Shown: positions 40,579 through 51,877, counted from the stretch's first letter. The stretch is DNA of 64,000 bases from Candidatus Scatovivens sp. (GCA_045646345.1 JAZRKN010000007.1:39652-103651), one strand, 5' to 3'. Numbers and translations are program-made. Notes: generated by a model from the sequence alone, not told the origin.

Positions 40579-41460
40579 ATGGAAAAACAAATTAAACTTT
40601 TTTTAGAGTTTCTTGAGAATGATAAAAAATTATCATCAAACACATTACAATCTTACAAAAGAGATATTACACAATATCAAGAATACATAGATAAAAATGG
40701 TTTAAATTATTTAAAAATAGATAATGAGGATATTGATAAATATTTCGATACATTAAAATCTTTAAACAAAAAAACATCAACAATATCTAGAAATTTAGCT
40801 ACAATAAGATCTTTTTATCAATTCTTATTAAGAACTAAAAAAATTAAAAAGGATCCTACAATTGGAGTTCAATCACCAAAAGTAGAGAAAAAAGTTCCTA
40901 GTATTTTAACTTCTAAAGAAGTAGAATTATTATTAGAACAACCAAAAAATATAGATTTAAAAGGAATTAGAGATAAAGCAATGTTAGAGTTTGCTTATGC
41001 TACAGGAATGAGAGTTACTGAAATTATTTCTTTAAATATTACAGATGTAAATGTAGAACAAAGTTATGTTGTATGTAATACTGGTTCAAAGAAAAGAAAT
41101 ATTCCTTTAGGATCATTATCTCTAAAAGCTTTAAAAGATTACATAGAAAAAGCTAGACCAATCTTAATTAAAGATGATAATGTAGACGCTTTGTTTGTAA
41201 ATATAAATGGAAAAAGATTAACAAGACAAGGATTCTGGAAAATTGTTAAATTCTATAAAGAACAAGCGAACATAACAAAAGAAATAACACCTCACGTGTT
41301 AAGACATTCTTTTGCAACACATCTATTACAAAATGGAGCTGATTTAAAAGCTATCCAAACAATGCTTGGACATTCGGATATATCTTCAACACAAGTATAT
41401 ATGCAATTCCAAAATGAAAATTTAAAAGATATTTATAAAAAAGCTCATCCAAGAGCATAA
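40579..41460 (+). CDS. xerD: Chromosomal tyrosine recombinase XerD/RipX
   Basis: YATGMRVTE, HVLRHSFATHLL, LGHSDISSTQVY, ends HPRA. Confidence 0.92.
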   Translation: MEKQIKLFLEFLENDKKLSSNTLQSYKRDITQYQEYIDKNGLNYLKIDNEDIDKYFDTLKSLNKKTSTISRNLATIRSFYQFLLRTKKIKKDPTIGVQSPKVEKKVPSILTSKEVELLLEQPKNIDLKGIRDKAMLEFAYATGMRVTEIISLNITDVNVEQSYVVCNTGSKKRNIPLGSLSLKALKDYIEKARPILIKDDNVDALFVNINGKRLTRQGFWKIVKFYKEQANITKEITPHVLRHSFATHLLQNGADLKAIQTMLGHSDISSTQVYMQFQNENLKDIYKKAHPRA

Positions 41461-41479
41461 ATTTAGATAATTTGTTTTT

Positions 41480-41509
41480 AGTGGTAATGATAACATTACC
41501 ACTTTTTTT
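41480..41509 (+). terminator. Terminator after xerD
   Basis: agtggtaatg-ataa-cattaccact plus T-run. Confidence 0.8.
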
Positions 41510-41583
41510 ATATAATTGTTATAGACCACAAAGAATTGAATCGGGTGAATTTAAAGAGAGGATAAGAGCATTTATGGGAAAAT

Positions 41584-41608
41584 AAAAAGAGGCTTAAAGC
41601 CTCTTTTT
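41584..41608 (-). terminator. Terminator of the M20 peptidase gene (possibly bidirectional)
   Basis: aaaaagaggc-ttaaa-gcctcttttt. Confidence 0.75.
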
Positions 41609-42980
41609 ATTTTGCAAGTTCATATATTGCATCTGCATAAATTTTTGTAGCTAAATTTAGATCATCTAATTTAATATATTCATCAACTTGATGGCATAAA
41701 TCTGGATTACCTGGCATGTTTGCACCATATGAAATGAAATTTTCAAATGCTCTTGCGTAAGTTCCACCGCCAATTGCAATAGGTTCTACGTCTAATCCTG
41801 TTTTGTTTTTAAAAACGTTTAATAAAGTAGTTACTAAAAAACTATCTTTTTGAACGTATAAAGGATCTTGATGCGATAATCTATTTACTTCAATACCGTC
41901 GTAAATAGATAGATATTTATTTTGCATTTCATCTAGAGAAAATGTTACAGGAACTCTTAAATTAATTTGAAAAATTAATTTATTATCAATATAATTTATT
42001 GCTGCAACGTTGGATGTAAGAATACCAGATTCATCTTCTAATGTATTTTTTGATATGAATTTTGGAGATTGAATATCAAAAAATCCTATCTCATAAATTT
42101 TGCTTAAATAGTCAGAATTGAATTCAAAATTATTAATTAAAAATTCAACTAATATTTTTATAGCATTAATACCAAGATGAGGACGAGCAGCATGAGAGGC
42201 TTTTCCAAAACACTCTATTTGAAGTGTAGAGTTATCGATGATTGTTGTTTTTGTATTTTCTGTATTAAGATTTGAGAATCCATCTAAAGAAAGATGAGTA
42301 TTTTCTTTTAGTTTTAAAGTAATTGATGCATATTTTGGAACAACATTAATAGCATTATTGTTAGTATCAACTTTTATAATTTCAAAATCCTTAAATTCGA
42401 AATTATTTTTTAATTCTAAAGATAAAATTCCTTTCTCAGCAAATATTGCAGGAAAGTTAGAATCTGGACTAAAGCCGATAGAAGGCCATTCTTCATGTTT
42501 TTTATAATATTCGATACATTTCCAACCTTTTTCTTCGTTTAATCCTACAATTAATCTAACTCTCTTTGAAACTTGGCAAGCATCTTTTACAGCTTTCATA
42601 GCATAAAGTGCCGATACAACAGGTCCTTTGTCATCAATAGTTCCTCTGCCATAAAGTTTTCCTTCTCTAATTGTAGGAGAAAATGGAGGAGTAGTCCATC
42701 CATCGTTTTCTAAAGCAGGGACAACATCTAAATGGCCAATAATTCCAACTAATTCTTCACCTTCGCCAAATTCTATGTAACCGCAATAATTATCTATATT
42801 TTTTGTTCTAAATCCCATAGAATTTCCAAGCGCTAAAATATAATTTAATGCGTTAGTACAATGTTCTCCAAAAGGAAGGGATGGATTGTCAGTTGTAGTA
42901 GTAACACTAGGAATTTTTATTAGTTCGGATAGTGTATAAATAATTTCAGATTGTTTTTCATCAATAAATTTGTCAAACAT
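41607..42980 (-). CDS. M20 family dipeptidase (PepV/Sapep-like)
   Basis: GHLDVVP, GRGTIDDKGP, NEE, IGGGTYAR, HQVDE; RBS AAAGGAG before ATG 42980. Confidence 0.9.
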   Translation of the reverse strand: MFDKFIDEKQSEIIYTLSELIKIPSVTTTTDNPSLPFGEHCTNALNYILALGNSMGFRTKNIDNYCGYIEFGEGEELVGIIGHLDVVPALENDGWTTPPFSPTIREGKLYGRGTIDDKGPVVSALYAMKAVKDACQVSKRVRLIVGLNEEKGWKCIEYYKKHEEWPSIGFSPDSNFPAIFAEKGILSLELKNNFEFKDFEIIKVDTNNNAINVVPKYASITLKLKENTHLSLDGFSNLNTENTKTTIIDNSTLQIECFGKASHAARPHLGINAIKILVEFLINNFEFNSDYLSKIYEIGFFDIQSPKFISKNTLEDESGILTSNVAAINYIDNKLIFQINLRVPVTFSLDEMQNKYLSIYDGIEVNRLSHQDPLYVQKDSFLVTTLLNVFKNKTGLDVEPIAIGGGTYARAFENFISYGANMPGNPDLCHQVDEYIKLDDLNLATKIYADAIYELAK

Positions 42981-43156
42981 AAAATCTCCTTTCAAATAAA
43001 TTGTTTTATAATATATATTTTTTGTATTATACACTAAAATATGATAAAAATTAAATATTGTTATCAAAATGATATATAAAAAACTTGAATTAATTTAAAA
43101 TTATGTATAAAATAATACCGATAAACAAAAGTTAAAAGTATTAGGAGGAATAAAAA

Positions 43157-43459
43157 ATGAGAAGTGAAAAAGGAATAACATTAGTTGCTTTAATAGGAAT
43201 TATGGTTCTATTAGTTGTTTTAGCAGGAATTTCTATTTCATTAGTTGTAACAGATGGAAATAGTGAACAACCAATTAATCAACCAAATGATTCTGTAGTT
43301 ACACCAGTTGAAGACGCTGAAGATGAAGTAGTAGATACTGTAGACAATACTGTTGAGAGTGACGTAGAAGAAGCTGAAAATAATACAGTTGTTACAAATG
43401 AAGTAGAAGATGTAAAAAAAGTAGACAATACAGTTGTAACAAATGAAGTTGAAGAATAA
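43157..43459 (+). CDS. Small protein with type IV prepilin-like N-terminus and acidic repetitive tail
   Basis: MRSEKG|ITLVALIGIMVLLVVLAGISI; NTVVTNEVE twice; strong RBS AGGAGG. Confidence 0.7.
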   Translation: MRSEKGITLVALIGIMVLLVVLAGISISLVVTDGNSEQPINQPNDSVVTPVEDAEDEVVDTVDNTVESDVEEAENNTVVTNEVEDVKKVDNTVVTNEVEE

Positions 43460-43582
43460 TATAAATAAAGACAAAAGATAAAGTGAATTTTGCTGATTCT
43501 AATAATGATTCTGCTAAATTCACTTTTGTATTTTTAAAAAATATATAAAAATTATAGGTTAAATAAAACGAGGATGTTAAAT

Positions 43583-44065
43583 ATGATTAATATTAATATA
43601 GTTTGTGTCGGTAAATTAAAAGAAGAATATTTAAAAGAAGCGGTAGAGGAATATTCAAAAAGACTTTCTAAATATTGCAATTTAAATATTATTGAAATAC
43701 CAGATGAAAAATTACCGGGAAAAATAAATGATAGTATAATTGATGATGTAAAAAGTAAAGAAGGTAATAAGATTTTAAATGCTATAAAAAAAGATTCGTA
43801 TGTTATCCCGTTAGATTTAAACGGGAAACAGTATACATCAGAAGAATTTTCTGATAAAATTGAAAATATTGCTGTTAGAGGTTTTAGTACTATAACATTT
43901 ATTATTGGTGGAACATTAGGAATAATGAATGAAATTTTAAATAAATCTAATGAATTAATTTGTTTTTCAAAAATGACATTTCCACATCAATTAATAAGAG
44001 TGTTTTTATTAGAACAACTTTTTAGAGCATTTAAAATTTCAAATAATGAAACTTATCATTGGTAA
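43583..44065 (+). CDS. rlmH: 23S rRNA pseudouridine-1915 N3-methyltransferase
   Basis: VGKLKE, FIIGG, SKMTFPHQLIRVFLLEQLFRAF. Confidence 0.95.
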   Translation: MININIVCVGKLKEEYLKEAVEEYSKRLSKYCNLNIIEIPDEKLPGKINDSIIDDVKSKEGNKILNAIKKDSYVIPLDLNGKQYTSEEFSDKIENIAVRGFSTITFIIGGTLGIMNEILNKSNELICFSKMTFPHQLIRVFLLEQLFRAFKISNNETYHW

Positions 44066-44075
44066 AAGGAGATTT

Positions 44076-44948
44076 ATGGACGGAATAATTATTATAGACA
44101 AATCAGAAGGATTTACTTCTCAAGATGTTGTATCAAAAGTTAAAAAAATATTAAATATAAAAAAAGCAGGGCACGCAGGAACTTTAGATCCAATGGCTAC
44201 AGGAGTATTGCCAATAATGCTTGGCAGTTATACAAAATTTTCTAAATATTTAATTGAACATGATAAGATATATGCGGCAACAATTAAATTAGGAAAGAAG
44301 ACATCAACTGGTGATATTGAAGGTGAAGTAATAGAAGAAAAAGAAGTAAAAAAATATAGCACATCAGAATTAAATGAAATTGTTAGAAGTTTTATAGGAA
44401 AGCAAGAACAAAAACCGCCTATGTATTCAGCTGTAAAAGTAGGAGGAAAAAAACTTTATGAATATGCTAGAGAAGGTATCGAAGTCGATGTAAAGCCTAG
44501 AGAAATAGAAATTTATGATATCGAATTTGATTCATATAATGAAGAAACTCAAGAACTAAAATTTATAGTTAGTTGTTCAAAAGGTACATACATCAGAGTT
44601 CTATGCGAACAAATTGCTGAAAAAATAGGGACAGTAGGGCATATGTCTTATTTAAGAAGAGTTAAGGTTGATAACTTTGATTTAGACAAAGCGGTAAGTT
44701 TAGCTGAACTAGAAAAGGTAAAAAATGATAGTCTATTTTTAAACGCTAATATATTAACTATTTCGGATGTATTTCACAAATGGGAGAATATAAAATTATT
44801 TCCAAAAAAATTAGAATTATTTTTAAATGGTGTGAAATTAAATTGCGACAAAACTGATGGAATATACCTTATTTCTAATGAATTTGACGAAGTTTTAGGA
44901 ACTGGTATTATTAAGGATAATTTATTAAAAAGAGATGTTATAATATAA
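44076..44948 (+). CDS. truB: tRNA pseudouridine-55 synthase
   Basis: GHAGTLDPMATGVL, PPMYSAVKVGGKKLYEYAR, CSKGTYIR. Confidence 0.95.
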   Translation: MDGIIIIDKSEGFTSQDVVSKVKKILNIKKAGHAGTLDPMATGVLPIMLGSYTKFSKYLIEHDKIYAATIKLGKKTSTGDIEGEVIEEKEVKKYSTSELNEIVRSFIGKQEQKPPMYSAVKVGGKKLYEYAREGIEVDVKPREIEIYDIEFDSYNEETQELKFIVSCSKGTYIRVLCEQIAEKIGTVGHMSYLRRVKVDNFDLDKAVSLAELEKVKNDSLFLNANILTISDVFHKWENIKLFPKKLELFLNGVKLNCDKTDGIYLISNEFDEVLGTGIIKDNLLKRDVII

Positions 44949-45096
44949 AAGTTAAATGTATAAATAATCAGTTACTAATTGATTGTTTATACATTTTTGT
45001 TTATTTAAAAGATAATTTATAATATTTATGTATTAGTATTTACAAATAAGTATATTTTTTGATAAAATAAGAAAAATCAAAAAAAGGAGTATAAAT

Positions 45097-46011
45097 ATGA
45101 AACATCTAATTGATATTAAAGATTTATCAGTAGAAGAAATTGATAGAATGATCGAGGTAGCTAAAGATATCATTGCTAATAAAGAGAAATATTCTCATAA
45201 ATGCGATGGTAAAATATTAGCTACTTTATTTTTTGAGCCAAGTACAAGAACAAGATTAAGTTTTGAATCAGCAATGCTTAATTTAGGAGGAAATGTTTTA
45301 GGTTTTTCAGAGGCATCTTCAAGTTCTGTTTCAAAGGGTGAAACAGTTGCAGATACAACTAGAGTTGTTGGAGTATATAGTGATATTATCGCTATGAGAC
45401 ACCCAAAAGAAGGGGCACCACTTGTTGCATCAGAAAAATCGACAGTTCCAATTATAAATGCGGGAGATGGTGGACACAATCATCCAACACAAACATTAAC
45501 TGACCTTTTAACTATAAAATGTGAAAAAGGAAGGTTAGATAATTTGACAATAGGGCTTTGCGGAGATTTAAAATTTGGAAGAACAGTTCACTCATTAATA
45601 ACAGCAATGTCTAGATATAAAAATATAAAATTTGTATTAATATCACCAAAAGAATTAGAAATTCCTGAGTATGTAAAAAAAGATGTGTTAGAAAAAAATA
45701 ACATAGAATATGTTGAAACAAAAGATATTGAAGAATATATGGATAAACTAGACGTACTTTATATGACTAGAGTTCAAAAAGAAAGATTCTTTAATGAAGA
45801 AGATTATATTCGTTTGAAAGATTATTATATTTTAAATAAAGAGAAATTAGAAAAGGCAAAACAAGATTTATGTATAATGCATCCATTACCAAGAGTAAAT
45901 GAGATTTCAACTGATGTTGATGAAGATCCAAGAGCTTGTTATTTCAAGCAAGCAGAATATGGAAAATTCATAAGAATGGCTTTAATCTTAAAATTATTGG
46001 AGGTAGAATAA
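45097..46011 (+). CDS. pyrB: Aspartate carbamoyltransferase catalytic chain
   Basis: [26 protein letters not shown]. Confidence 0.96.
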   Translation: MKHLIDIKDLSVEEIDRMIEVAKDIIANKEKYSHKCDGKILATLFFEPSTRTRLSFESAMLNLGGNVLGFSEASSSSVSKGETVADTTRVVGVYSDIIAMRHPKEGAPLVASEKSTVPIINAGDGGHNHPTQTLTDLLTIKCEKGRLDNLTIGLCGDLKFGRTVHSLITAMSRYKNIKFVLISPKELEIPEYVKKDVLEKNNIEYVETKDIEEYMDKLDVLYMTRVQKERFFNEEDYIRLKDYYILNKEKLEKAKQDLCIMHPLPRVNEISTDVDEDPRACYFKQAEYGKFIRMALILKLLEVE

Positions 46012-46433
46012 TGAATATAGATAGTATAAAAAACGGATATGTAATAGATCATATTCAAGCTGGAAATGCAATGAAAATATACAATTTGTTGAATTTAAAT
46101 GAATTAGATTGCCAAGTAGCAATAATAACAAATGCTAAAAGTAAGAAAACAGGAAGAAAAGATATTATAAAAATAGATAGAGATATAGAAATTGATTTGG
46201 ATAAATTAGGGTTTATAGATCCAAATGTTACCGTAAATATTGTTAAAGATGATACAATTGTTGAAAAAAGAAAATTGACACTTCCAGAAAAAATTGTTAA
46301 TGTTGCAAAATGTCAAAATCCAAGATGTATAACTTCTATAGAAAAATCATTAGATCAAGTATTTAATCTAACAGATAGAGAAAATCAGGTTTATAGATGT
46401 AAATATTGTGAGATGAGTTTAAAGAAAAGATAA
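46011..46433 (+). CDS. pyrI: Aspartate carbamoyltransferase regulatory chain
   Basis: IKNGYVIDHI, KDIIKI, CQNPRC...CKYC zinc site; TAATG coupling with pyrB. Confidence 0.92.
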   Translation: MNIDSIKNGYVIDHIQAGNAMKIYNLLNLNELDCQVAIITNAKSKKTGRKDIIKIDRDIEIDLDKLGFIDPNVTVNIVKDDTIVEKRKLTLPEKIVNVAKCQNPRCITSIEKSLDQVFNLTDRENQVYRCKYCEMSLKKR

Positions 46434-46444
46434 AATAAATATTA

Positions 46445-46477
46445 AAGAAAGTAGATAAAATTCTACTTTCTTTTTTT
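46445..46477 (+). terminator. Rho-independent terminator
   Basis: aagaaagtaga/tctactttctt plus T-run. Confidence 0.8.
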
Positions 46478-46552
46478 GTAAATTGTTTGCAGAAAAAGTA
46501 TTTTATGATATACTAACAATGACTTTTTAATGTGAGATAAAAGGAGAATAGA

Positions 46553-47614
46553 ATGTATAAAAGAACAGAAACAAGACCAATTTACGTTGGTGGAATACAA
46601 ATTGGTGGACAAAATAAATGTGTTATTCAATCAATGTGTAATACAAAAACAAAAGATGTAGAAAAAACAGTAGAACAGATATTAGCTTTAGAAAAAGTAG
46701 GGTGTGAAATAATAAGAGTTGCATGTTTAGATATCGAAGATGCAAAAGCAATAAAACAAATAAAAGAAAGAATTCATATACCAATAGTTTCAGATATTCA
46801 TTTTGATTATCAAATCGCTTTGGCTGCAATAGAAGCAGGAGTGGATAAAGTAAGAATAAATCCAGGAAATATTGGAGATGAAGAAAAAACAAGAGCTGTA
46901 GTTGAAGCGTGTAAAGCAAAAAATATTCCAATAAGAATTGGGATTAATGCTGGCTCGTTGGAAAAAGAATTTTTAGATAAATATGGAAAACCATGCAGTG
47001 ATGCTATGATTGAAAGTGCTAAACGTCATGTTGAAATACTAGAAAAATTAGATTTTTATGATATAGCTATTTCATTAAAAGCATCAAATTTAGATATGTG
47101 TGTTGAAGCTTATGAAAAAGCAGCAGAAGTTTTTCCTTATCCACTTCATTTAGGAATAACTGAAGCGGGAACAACGTTTAGTGGAACTATAAAATCAAGT
47201 ATCGGACTTGGAGTAATGTTAAGAGAAGGAATTGGAGATACAATAAGAGTATCTTTGTCTGATGATCCAATAGAAGAGATTCCTGTATGTAAAGAAATAT
47301 TAAAAAATTGCAATCTTTTTAACAATAGTCCAAAACTTGTATCTTGTCCAACTTGTGGAAGAATTCAATATGATTTGATTCCTATTGCAAAAGAAATGGA
47401 AAAATTCTTACAGTCTTTAGAGGCAGATATAACAGTTGCAATTATGGGATGTGCCGTAAATGGACCAGGAGAAGCAAGAGAAGCCGATATTGGTATCGCT
47501 GGAGGGATAAACGAAGGACTACTTTTCAAAAAAGGAGAGATAGTAAAGAAGATTCCACAAGATAAAATTGTTGAAACTCTAAAAACAGAAATTTTAGAAA
47601 TGATAAAAAAATAA
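46553..47614 (+). CDS. ispG: (E)-4-hydroxy-3-methylbut-2-enyl-diphosphate synthase
   Basis: [38 protein letters not shown]. Confidence 0.96.
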   Translation: MYKRTETRPIYVGGIQIGGQNKCVIQSMCNTKTKDVEKTVEQILALEKVGCEIIRVACLDIEDAKAIKQIKERIHIPIVSDIHFDYQIALAAIEAGVDKVRINPGNIGDEEKTRAVVEACKAKNIPIRIGINAGSLEKEFLDKYGKPCSDAMIESAKRHVEILEKLDFYDIAISLKASNLDMCVEAYEKAAEVFPYPLHLGITEAGTTFSGTIKSSIGLGVMLREGIGDTIRVSLSDDPIEEIPVCKEILKNCNLFNNSPKLVSCPTCGRIQYDLIPIAKEMEKFLQSLEADITVAIMGCAVNGPGEAREADIGIAGGINEGLLFKKGEIVKKIPQDKIVETLKTEILEMIKK

Positions 47615-47653
47615 TTTAAAAAATACATAATTGATAAATAGTAGGAGGCTTTT

Positions 47654-49237
47654 ATGATTGAAAAAGCAAAAGAGTATATAAAAAAAGATTGGAAATATAT
47701 ATTGATAACAATACTTTTTATGATATTAACAACAATGATTGTTACAGTCAATTGTAGTCCAGGAAATGATTTTGTTAATATAAATGGACCATTTGATAGT
47801 TTATATGTAACAATATCATATATTTTAATTTTTATTTTGGGTGGAATAGGTGCATTTATTATAAGAAATGCAGATAAAGAAGATGTTAAATTAGAAAAAT
47901 TGTATTTATGGATTGCAATTCCTATTGGTTTGGTAATGTGCTTTAATACACCACTAGGAAGAATTCCAGATGAAGATGACCATGCTAAAAAAGCTATGGC
48001 AATTGCTCAAGGAAATTTTTTCTCTGTAGCAGATGAAGATGGTAATGCTACAGATATGATAAATTCAAAAGTAAATGAATTAGTAAGTAGAACTACAGAT
48101 TCATATGAAATGGCTTGGGAAAAAATGAATCTTGCAGAAACAGAAGAAAATATAAAAATGAAATATAATACAATGGCTTTATATGCACCAGTTTGTCATG
48201 CTCCTCAAGCTTTAGGAATTTTTCTGACAAGAATATTTGGAGCTGGAATAACAATACAATGTTATGCTGGAAGATTGTTTAACTTTGCTGTTGCGTTAGC
48301 ATTAATATATAATGCAATAAAATTAATGCCTTTTAAAAAATATTTACTAATGTATTTAATGCTTTTACCAGTTACGTTTAATGTACTTCCTACGTTATCA
48401 TCAGATGCTTTGACAGTAGCAATGGCCTCTTTCTATATCGCATATATATTACATTTGAAATATAATGAAAACATAGAGGCATTAAGTTTAAAAACAAAAA
48501 CCACATTGGTAATAAGTACAATTATTATATCACTTTGCAAAATAGTGTATGTACCGCTTTGTTTATTACTATTCTTAATACCAAAAGAAAAATTTACTTC
48601 ATTAAAAAAGAAGAATGTATTTGTAATAATTACAATAATTGTAGCTGCAATATTAAACTTAATTTGGTTAGCATATTGTTCTAGATTTTTAATTGAATTT
48701 AATGGTGGAGTTAATTCTAAAGAACAAGTAATCTTTATATTAACTCATCCGATACATTATGCTATTATTATGTTTAGAACAATTAATTTCCATTTTAATA
48801 TATATTATGCGGGACTTTCGGGAGATGCCTTAGGTACATATTGTGTTAAAGCTTCAGAAATATTTATATATGCAGCAATAGTTATTACTTCTATGCTTTT
48901 TATTGCAAACAAAGAAGAAAAAGAAAAAGTAAAAATTGATTGGATAACAAGATTAATTTGCACAGGTGTTTTTGCAAGTATTGCTGTACTTATTTATACA
49001 AGTTTGTATGTACAATGGACACCATTAAAAAGTACATTTATAAATGGTGTACAACCAAGATACTTTTTACCAATACTAATTTTAGTGGCTGTAATAATTG
49101 ATAATAATAAAATTGTTATAAAAGATAAACTAAATAGATTTTTATTAACATTTTTGTTATTCTTTAATATAAACGTAGCAACAGCTACAATTTATACATA
49201 TTATTTTGGAATGCTAATTGATGCATATCTAAAATAG
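47654..49237 (+). CDS. DUF2142-like multi-pass membrane protein (GT-C-like)
   Basis: IPDEDDH, SSDAL, CKIVY, GVQPRYFLP. Confidence 0.75.
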   Translation: MIEKAKEYIKKDWKYILITILFMILTTMIVTVNCSPGNDFVNINGPFDSLYVTISYILIFILGGIGAFIIRNADKEDVKLEKLYLWIAIPIGLVMCFNTPLGRIPDEDDHAKKAMAIAQGNFFSVADEDGNATDMINSKVNELVSRTTDSYEMAWEKMNLAETEENIKMKYNTMALYAPVCHAPQALGIFLTRIFGAGITIQCYAGRLFNFAVALALIYNAIKLMPFKKYLLMYLMLLPVTFNVLPTLSSDALTVAMASFYIAYILHLKYNENIEALSLKTKTTLVISTIIISLCKIVYVPLCLLLFLIPKEKFTSLKKKNVFVIITIIVAAILNLIWLAYCSRFLIEFNGGVNSKEQVIFILTHPIHYAIIMFRTINFHFNIYYAGLSGDALGTYCVKASEIFIYAAIVITSMLFIANKEEKEKVKIDWITRLICTGVFASIAVLIYTSLYVQWTPLKSTFINGVQPRYFLPILILVAVIIDNNKIVIKDKLNRFLLTFLLFFNINVATATIYTYYFGMLIDAYLK

Positions 49238-49251
49238 GAAATGGAGAAAAA

Positions 49252-50271
49252 ATGAATTATCCAGAAAATTTAAAAGTTGGAGACACTATAGGAATTTGTG
49301 CACCATCTGCTGGAATTGTAAAACCTGAAAAAATAGAAAAACTAGATTTAGCAATAAATGCTTTGAAAAATATGGGATTCAAGGTAATTGAAACAGCAAG
49401 TGTTAGAAAAGAAGAAAATGGAAGAAGTGCTTCTGCAGAAATTAGAGCAAAAGAATTTATGGAACTTCTAGAAAATGAAGAGGTAAAATTAATAATTTTT
49501 GCAACAGGAGGAGACTTTTTATGTGAGATGTTAGATTATTTAGATTTTGATAAAATAAAAAATCTAAAATCTAAATGGTTACAAGGTTATTCTGATATAA
49601 CAGGAATTGGATATTTGTTTAATACAATTTTGGATATTCCAACAATGTATTTTCAAACAATTAAAGATTACGCAATGAAACCATTGCATAAAAGTTTAAC
49701 TGATTGTTTAGAAATTGAAAAGGGGAATGAAATAATACAAGAATCTTTTGAAATGTATGAAAAAGAATGGGATTTAGATAATACGGATCCAGAAGCCCCT
49801 TATAATTTGAACGAAAAAGTTGAATGGAAAAATGTGCTAGGCGGAGAAGAAATTGTTATGCAAGGAAGAAGTGTTGGAGGATGTTTGGATTGCATAAAAT
49901 CATATATAGGCACTAAATATGATAAGATTACTGAATATTTAGAACGACACAAGGAAGAAGGAATCGTTTGGTTTTTAGAAGTTTTTGAAATGAATACAGC
50001 AGAACTTCAAAGAACTTTATGGCAAATGAAATCAAATGGATATTTTAAATATTGTAAAGGAATAATATTTGGAAGACCGCTATTTATTAGAGAAGACTAT
50101 GAAACAAGCTTTAACGACGCTGTAAGAATTGCATTAGAAGATTTGAATGTACCAGTAATCTGTGATTCTGATATAGGACATGTTTCTCCGCAACTTGCAA
50201 TTGTAAATGGAGCTATTTTAAAAATAATTTCTAAAAACGGAAAAGGAATTGTTGAAACAAAATTACAATAA
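49252..50271 (+). CDS. S66 family LD-carboxypeptidase (MccF-like)
   Basis: IGICAPS, GYSDIT, FLE, DIGHVSP. Confidence 0.88.
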   Translation: MNYPENLKVGDTIGICAPSAGIVKPEKIEKLDLAINALKNMGFKVIETASVRKEENGRSASAEIRAKEFMELLENEEVKLIIFATGGDFLCEMLDYLDFDKIKNLKSKWLQGYSDITGIGYLFNTILDIPTMYFQTIKDYAMKPLHKSLTDCLEIEKGNEIIQESFEMYEKEWDLDNTDPEAPYNLNEKVEWKNVLGGEEIVMQGRSVGGCLDCIKSYIGTKYDKITEYLERHKEEGIVWFLEVFEMNTAELQRTLWQMKSNGYFKYCKGIIFGRPLFIREDYETSFNDAVRIALEDLNVPVICDSDIGHVSPQLAIVNGAILKIISKNGKGIVETKLQ

Positions 50272-50292
50272 TATAAATAAAAGAGGTAACTT

Positions 50293-51492
50293 ATGAAAGC
50301 AAAAGAATCTTTGGCGAATATCGCTGATATGGAAAAAAATGAACAACAAAAAGTAAAAACAAAAAGAGATTCATCAATTGAATTAATAAGAATTGTTGCT
50401 TGTATGATTGTTGTATTGCTACACTTATCTTTAAATGTATTTGATGAACATCATGCACAAGTGGACTGGAGTAGATTATTTGAGAAATGTTTTTTATCAG
50501 ATGGTGTACCGTTATTCTATTTGATTATAGGATTTTTCTTAACAAATGGTCGTAGTTATAAAAAAATATGGAAAAGTACATTAAAAAAAGTTGTAATTCC
50601 AGTTTTAATATTTATTTTATTTGCACAAGTGTTTTTTATGTTTATATTAAATAAACAACCAATTGAATGGTGTTTAAAAAATGCTTTTATAAATTTAAAT
50701 TTACAAGGAATAACTAGAACAATATTAACAGGGGATGTTACTCATATAAATAGTCTTTGCGCACATCTTTGGTATATTGTTTCATATTTAAAAATAACTC
50801 TTTGGATACCGGTATTGTGGCTTTTATGTAAGGAAGATGATAATTCAAAGTTGGCTAGAAGAATGATAATTGGTTTTGGAATATTAGCTACTATAATTAG
50901 AGACATACAAAGATTTTGGGTTTTACCAATCGGAAGAATTAACGAATTCTTTATGATGGATTTGGATGTTTTATATGTTTTATTAGGATATGAACTTTTT
51001 GTACATAAAGATAAAATAAAAAACAACAAAAAACTTTGCATATTATCTGGATTAGCTATTGTAGTAACTAATATAATTAGATATAAAATAGAAATGAACT
51101 ATATGGTTTTAAATAATTTCTTTGAAATAACAGGAAGAGAAACATTTGCTGATTGGAGACATACATCATTAAGTTTTATAACAGCAATTTCACTATTTAT
51201 GTTTTTCTATTCATTTGAAATAAAAGGAGAAAGATTAGGTAAAATAATTAATTGGATTGCAGATAAAACTTTTGGAATTTACTTAATACATTATTTATTG
51301 CTTGCAAAAATCGATTTATATAAGTTTGATGCGATAGGAAACTTTGTTTATGAAATTATATATTTAGTTCTAGGTCTTATCGTTATATTTACAAGTTCAC
51401 TTTTAATTACATGCTTATTAAAAGGATTGAAAAAAGGAATTACTTTAACTTGGAATAAACTAATTAATTTGAGGAAAAAAGCTCAAGAATAA
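50293..51492 (+). CDS. Acyltransferase-3 family membrane protein
   Basis: RDSSIELIRIVACMIVVLLH, VPLF, HLWY, TFGIYLIH. Confidence 0.85.
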   Translation: MKAKESLANIADMEKNEQQKVKTKRDSSIELIRIVACMIVVLLHLSLNVFDEHHAQVDWSRLFEKCFLSDGVPLFYLIIGFFLTNGRSYKKIWKSTLKKVVIPVLIFILFAQVFFMFILNKQPIEWCLKNAFINLNLQGITRTILTGDVTHINSLCAHLWYIVSYLKITLWIPVLWLLCKEDDNSKLARRMIIGFGILATIIRDIQRFWVLPIGRINEFFMMDLDVLYVLLGYELFVHKDKIKNNKKLCILSGLAIVVTNIIRYKIEMNYMVLNNFFEITGRETFADWRHTSLSFITAISLFMFFYSFEIKGERLGKIINWIADKTFGIYLIHYLLLAKIDLYKFDAIGNFVYEIIYLVLGLIVIFTSSLLITCLLKGLKKGITLTWNKLINLRKKAQE

Positions 51493-51576
51493 TATTGAAA
51501 GAAATTAAAAAAATATGTATCTTTTTTTGAAAAGATATGATAAAATACGAATATTAAAAATAGGAGGGTCTAAAAT

Positions 51577-51861
51577 ATGGAATTAAAAAGATGTGCTCGT
51601 TGTGGTAAATTTTATGCTTCAGACGTAGAAGTTTGCCAAGATTGTGAGAAAAAAGATTTTGCAGATTTAAGTAAATTAAAAGGATTTTTTGCTGATTATT
51701 ACGTTTCAGGAGTTTCAAAAACTGAAATATCAGCTCAAACAGGAATTAGTGCGAGAAATTTAAATCGATATTTAGGCTATGAAGAATTTAGTGGTATTTA
51801 TATAACAGAAGATGCAACTGGTATTAACAATGAAATATCAGAAGGAAAGATTAGCTTATAA
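51577..51861 (+). CDS. Small zinc-finger/HTH protein (YvyF-like)
   Basis: CARCGKFY...CQDC then EISAQTGIS helix-turn-helix-like segment. Confidence 0.6.
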   Translation: MELKRCARCGKFYASDVEVCQDCEKKDFADLSKLKGFFADYYVSGVSKTEISAQTGISARNLNRYLGYEEFSGIYITEDATGINNEISEGKISL

Positions 51862-51877
51862 TATTGGAGGGATTTTG

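Noticed and set aside
40579-41460. Tyrosine recombinase as a prophage or ICE integrase
   Set aside because: XerD-type sequence ending HPRA in the conserved spoIIM-xerD context; no phage or conjugation genes nearby
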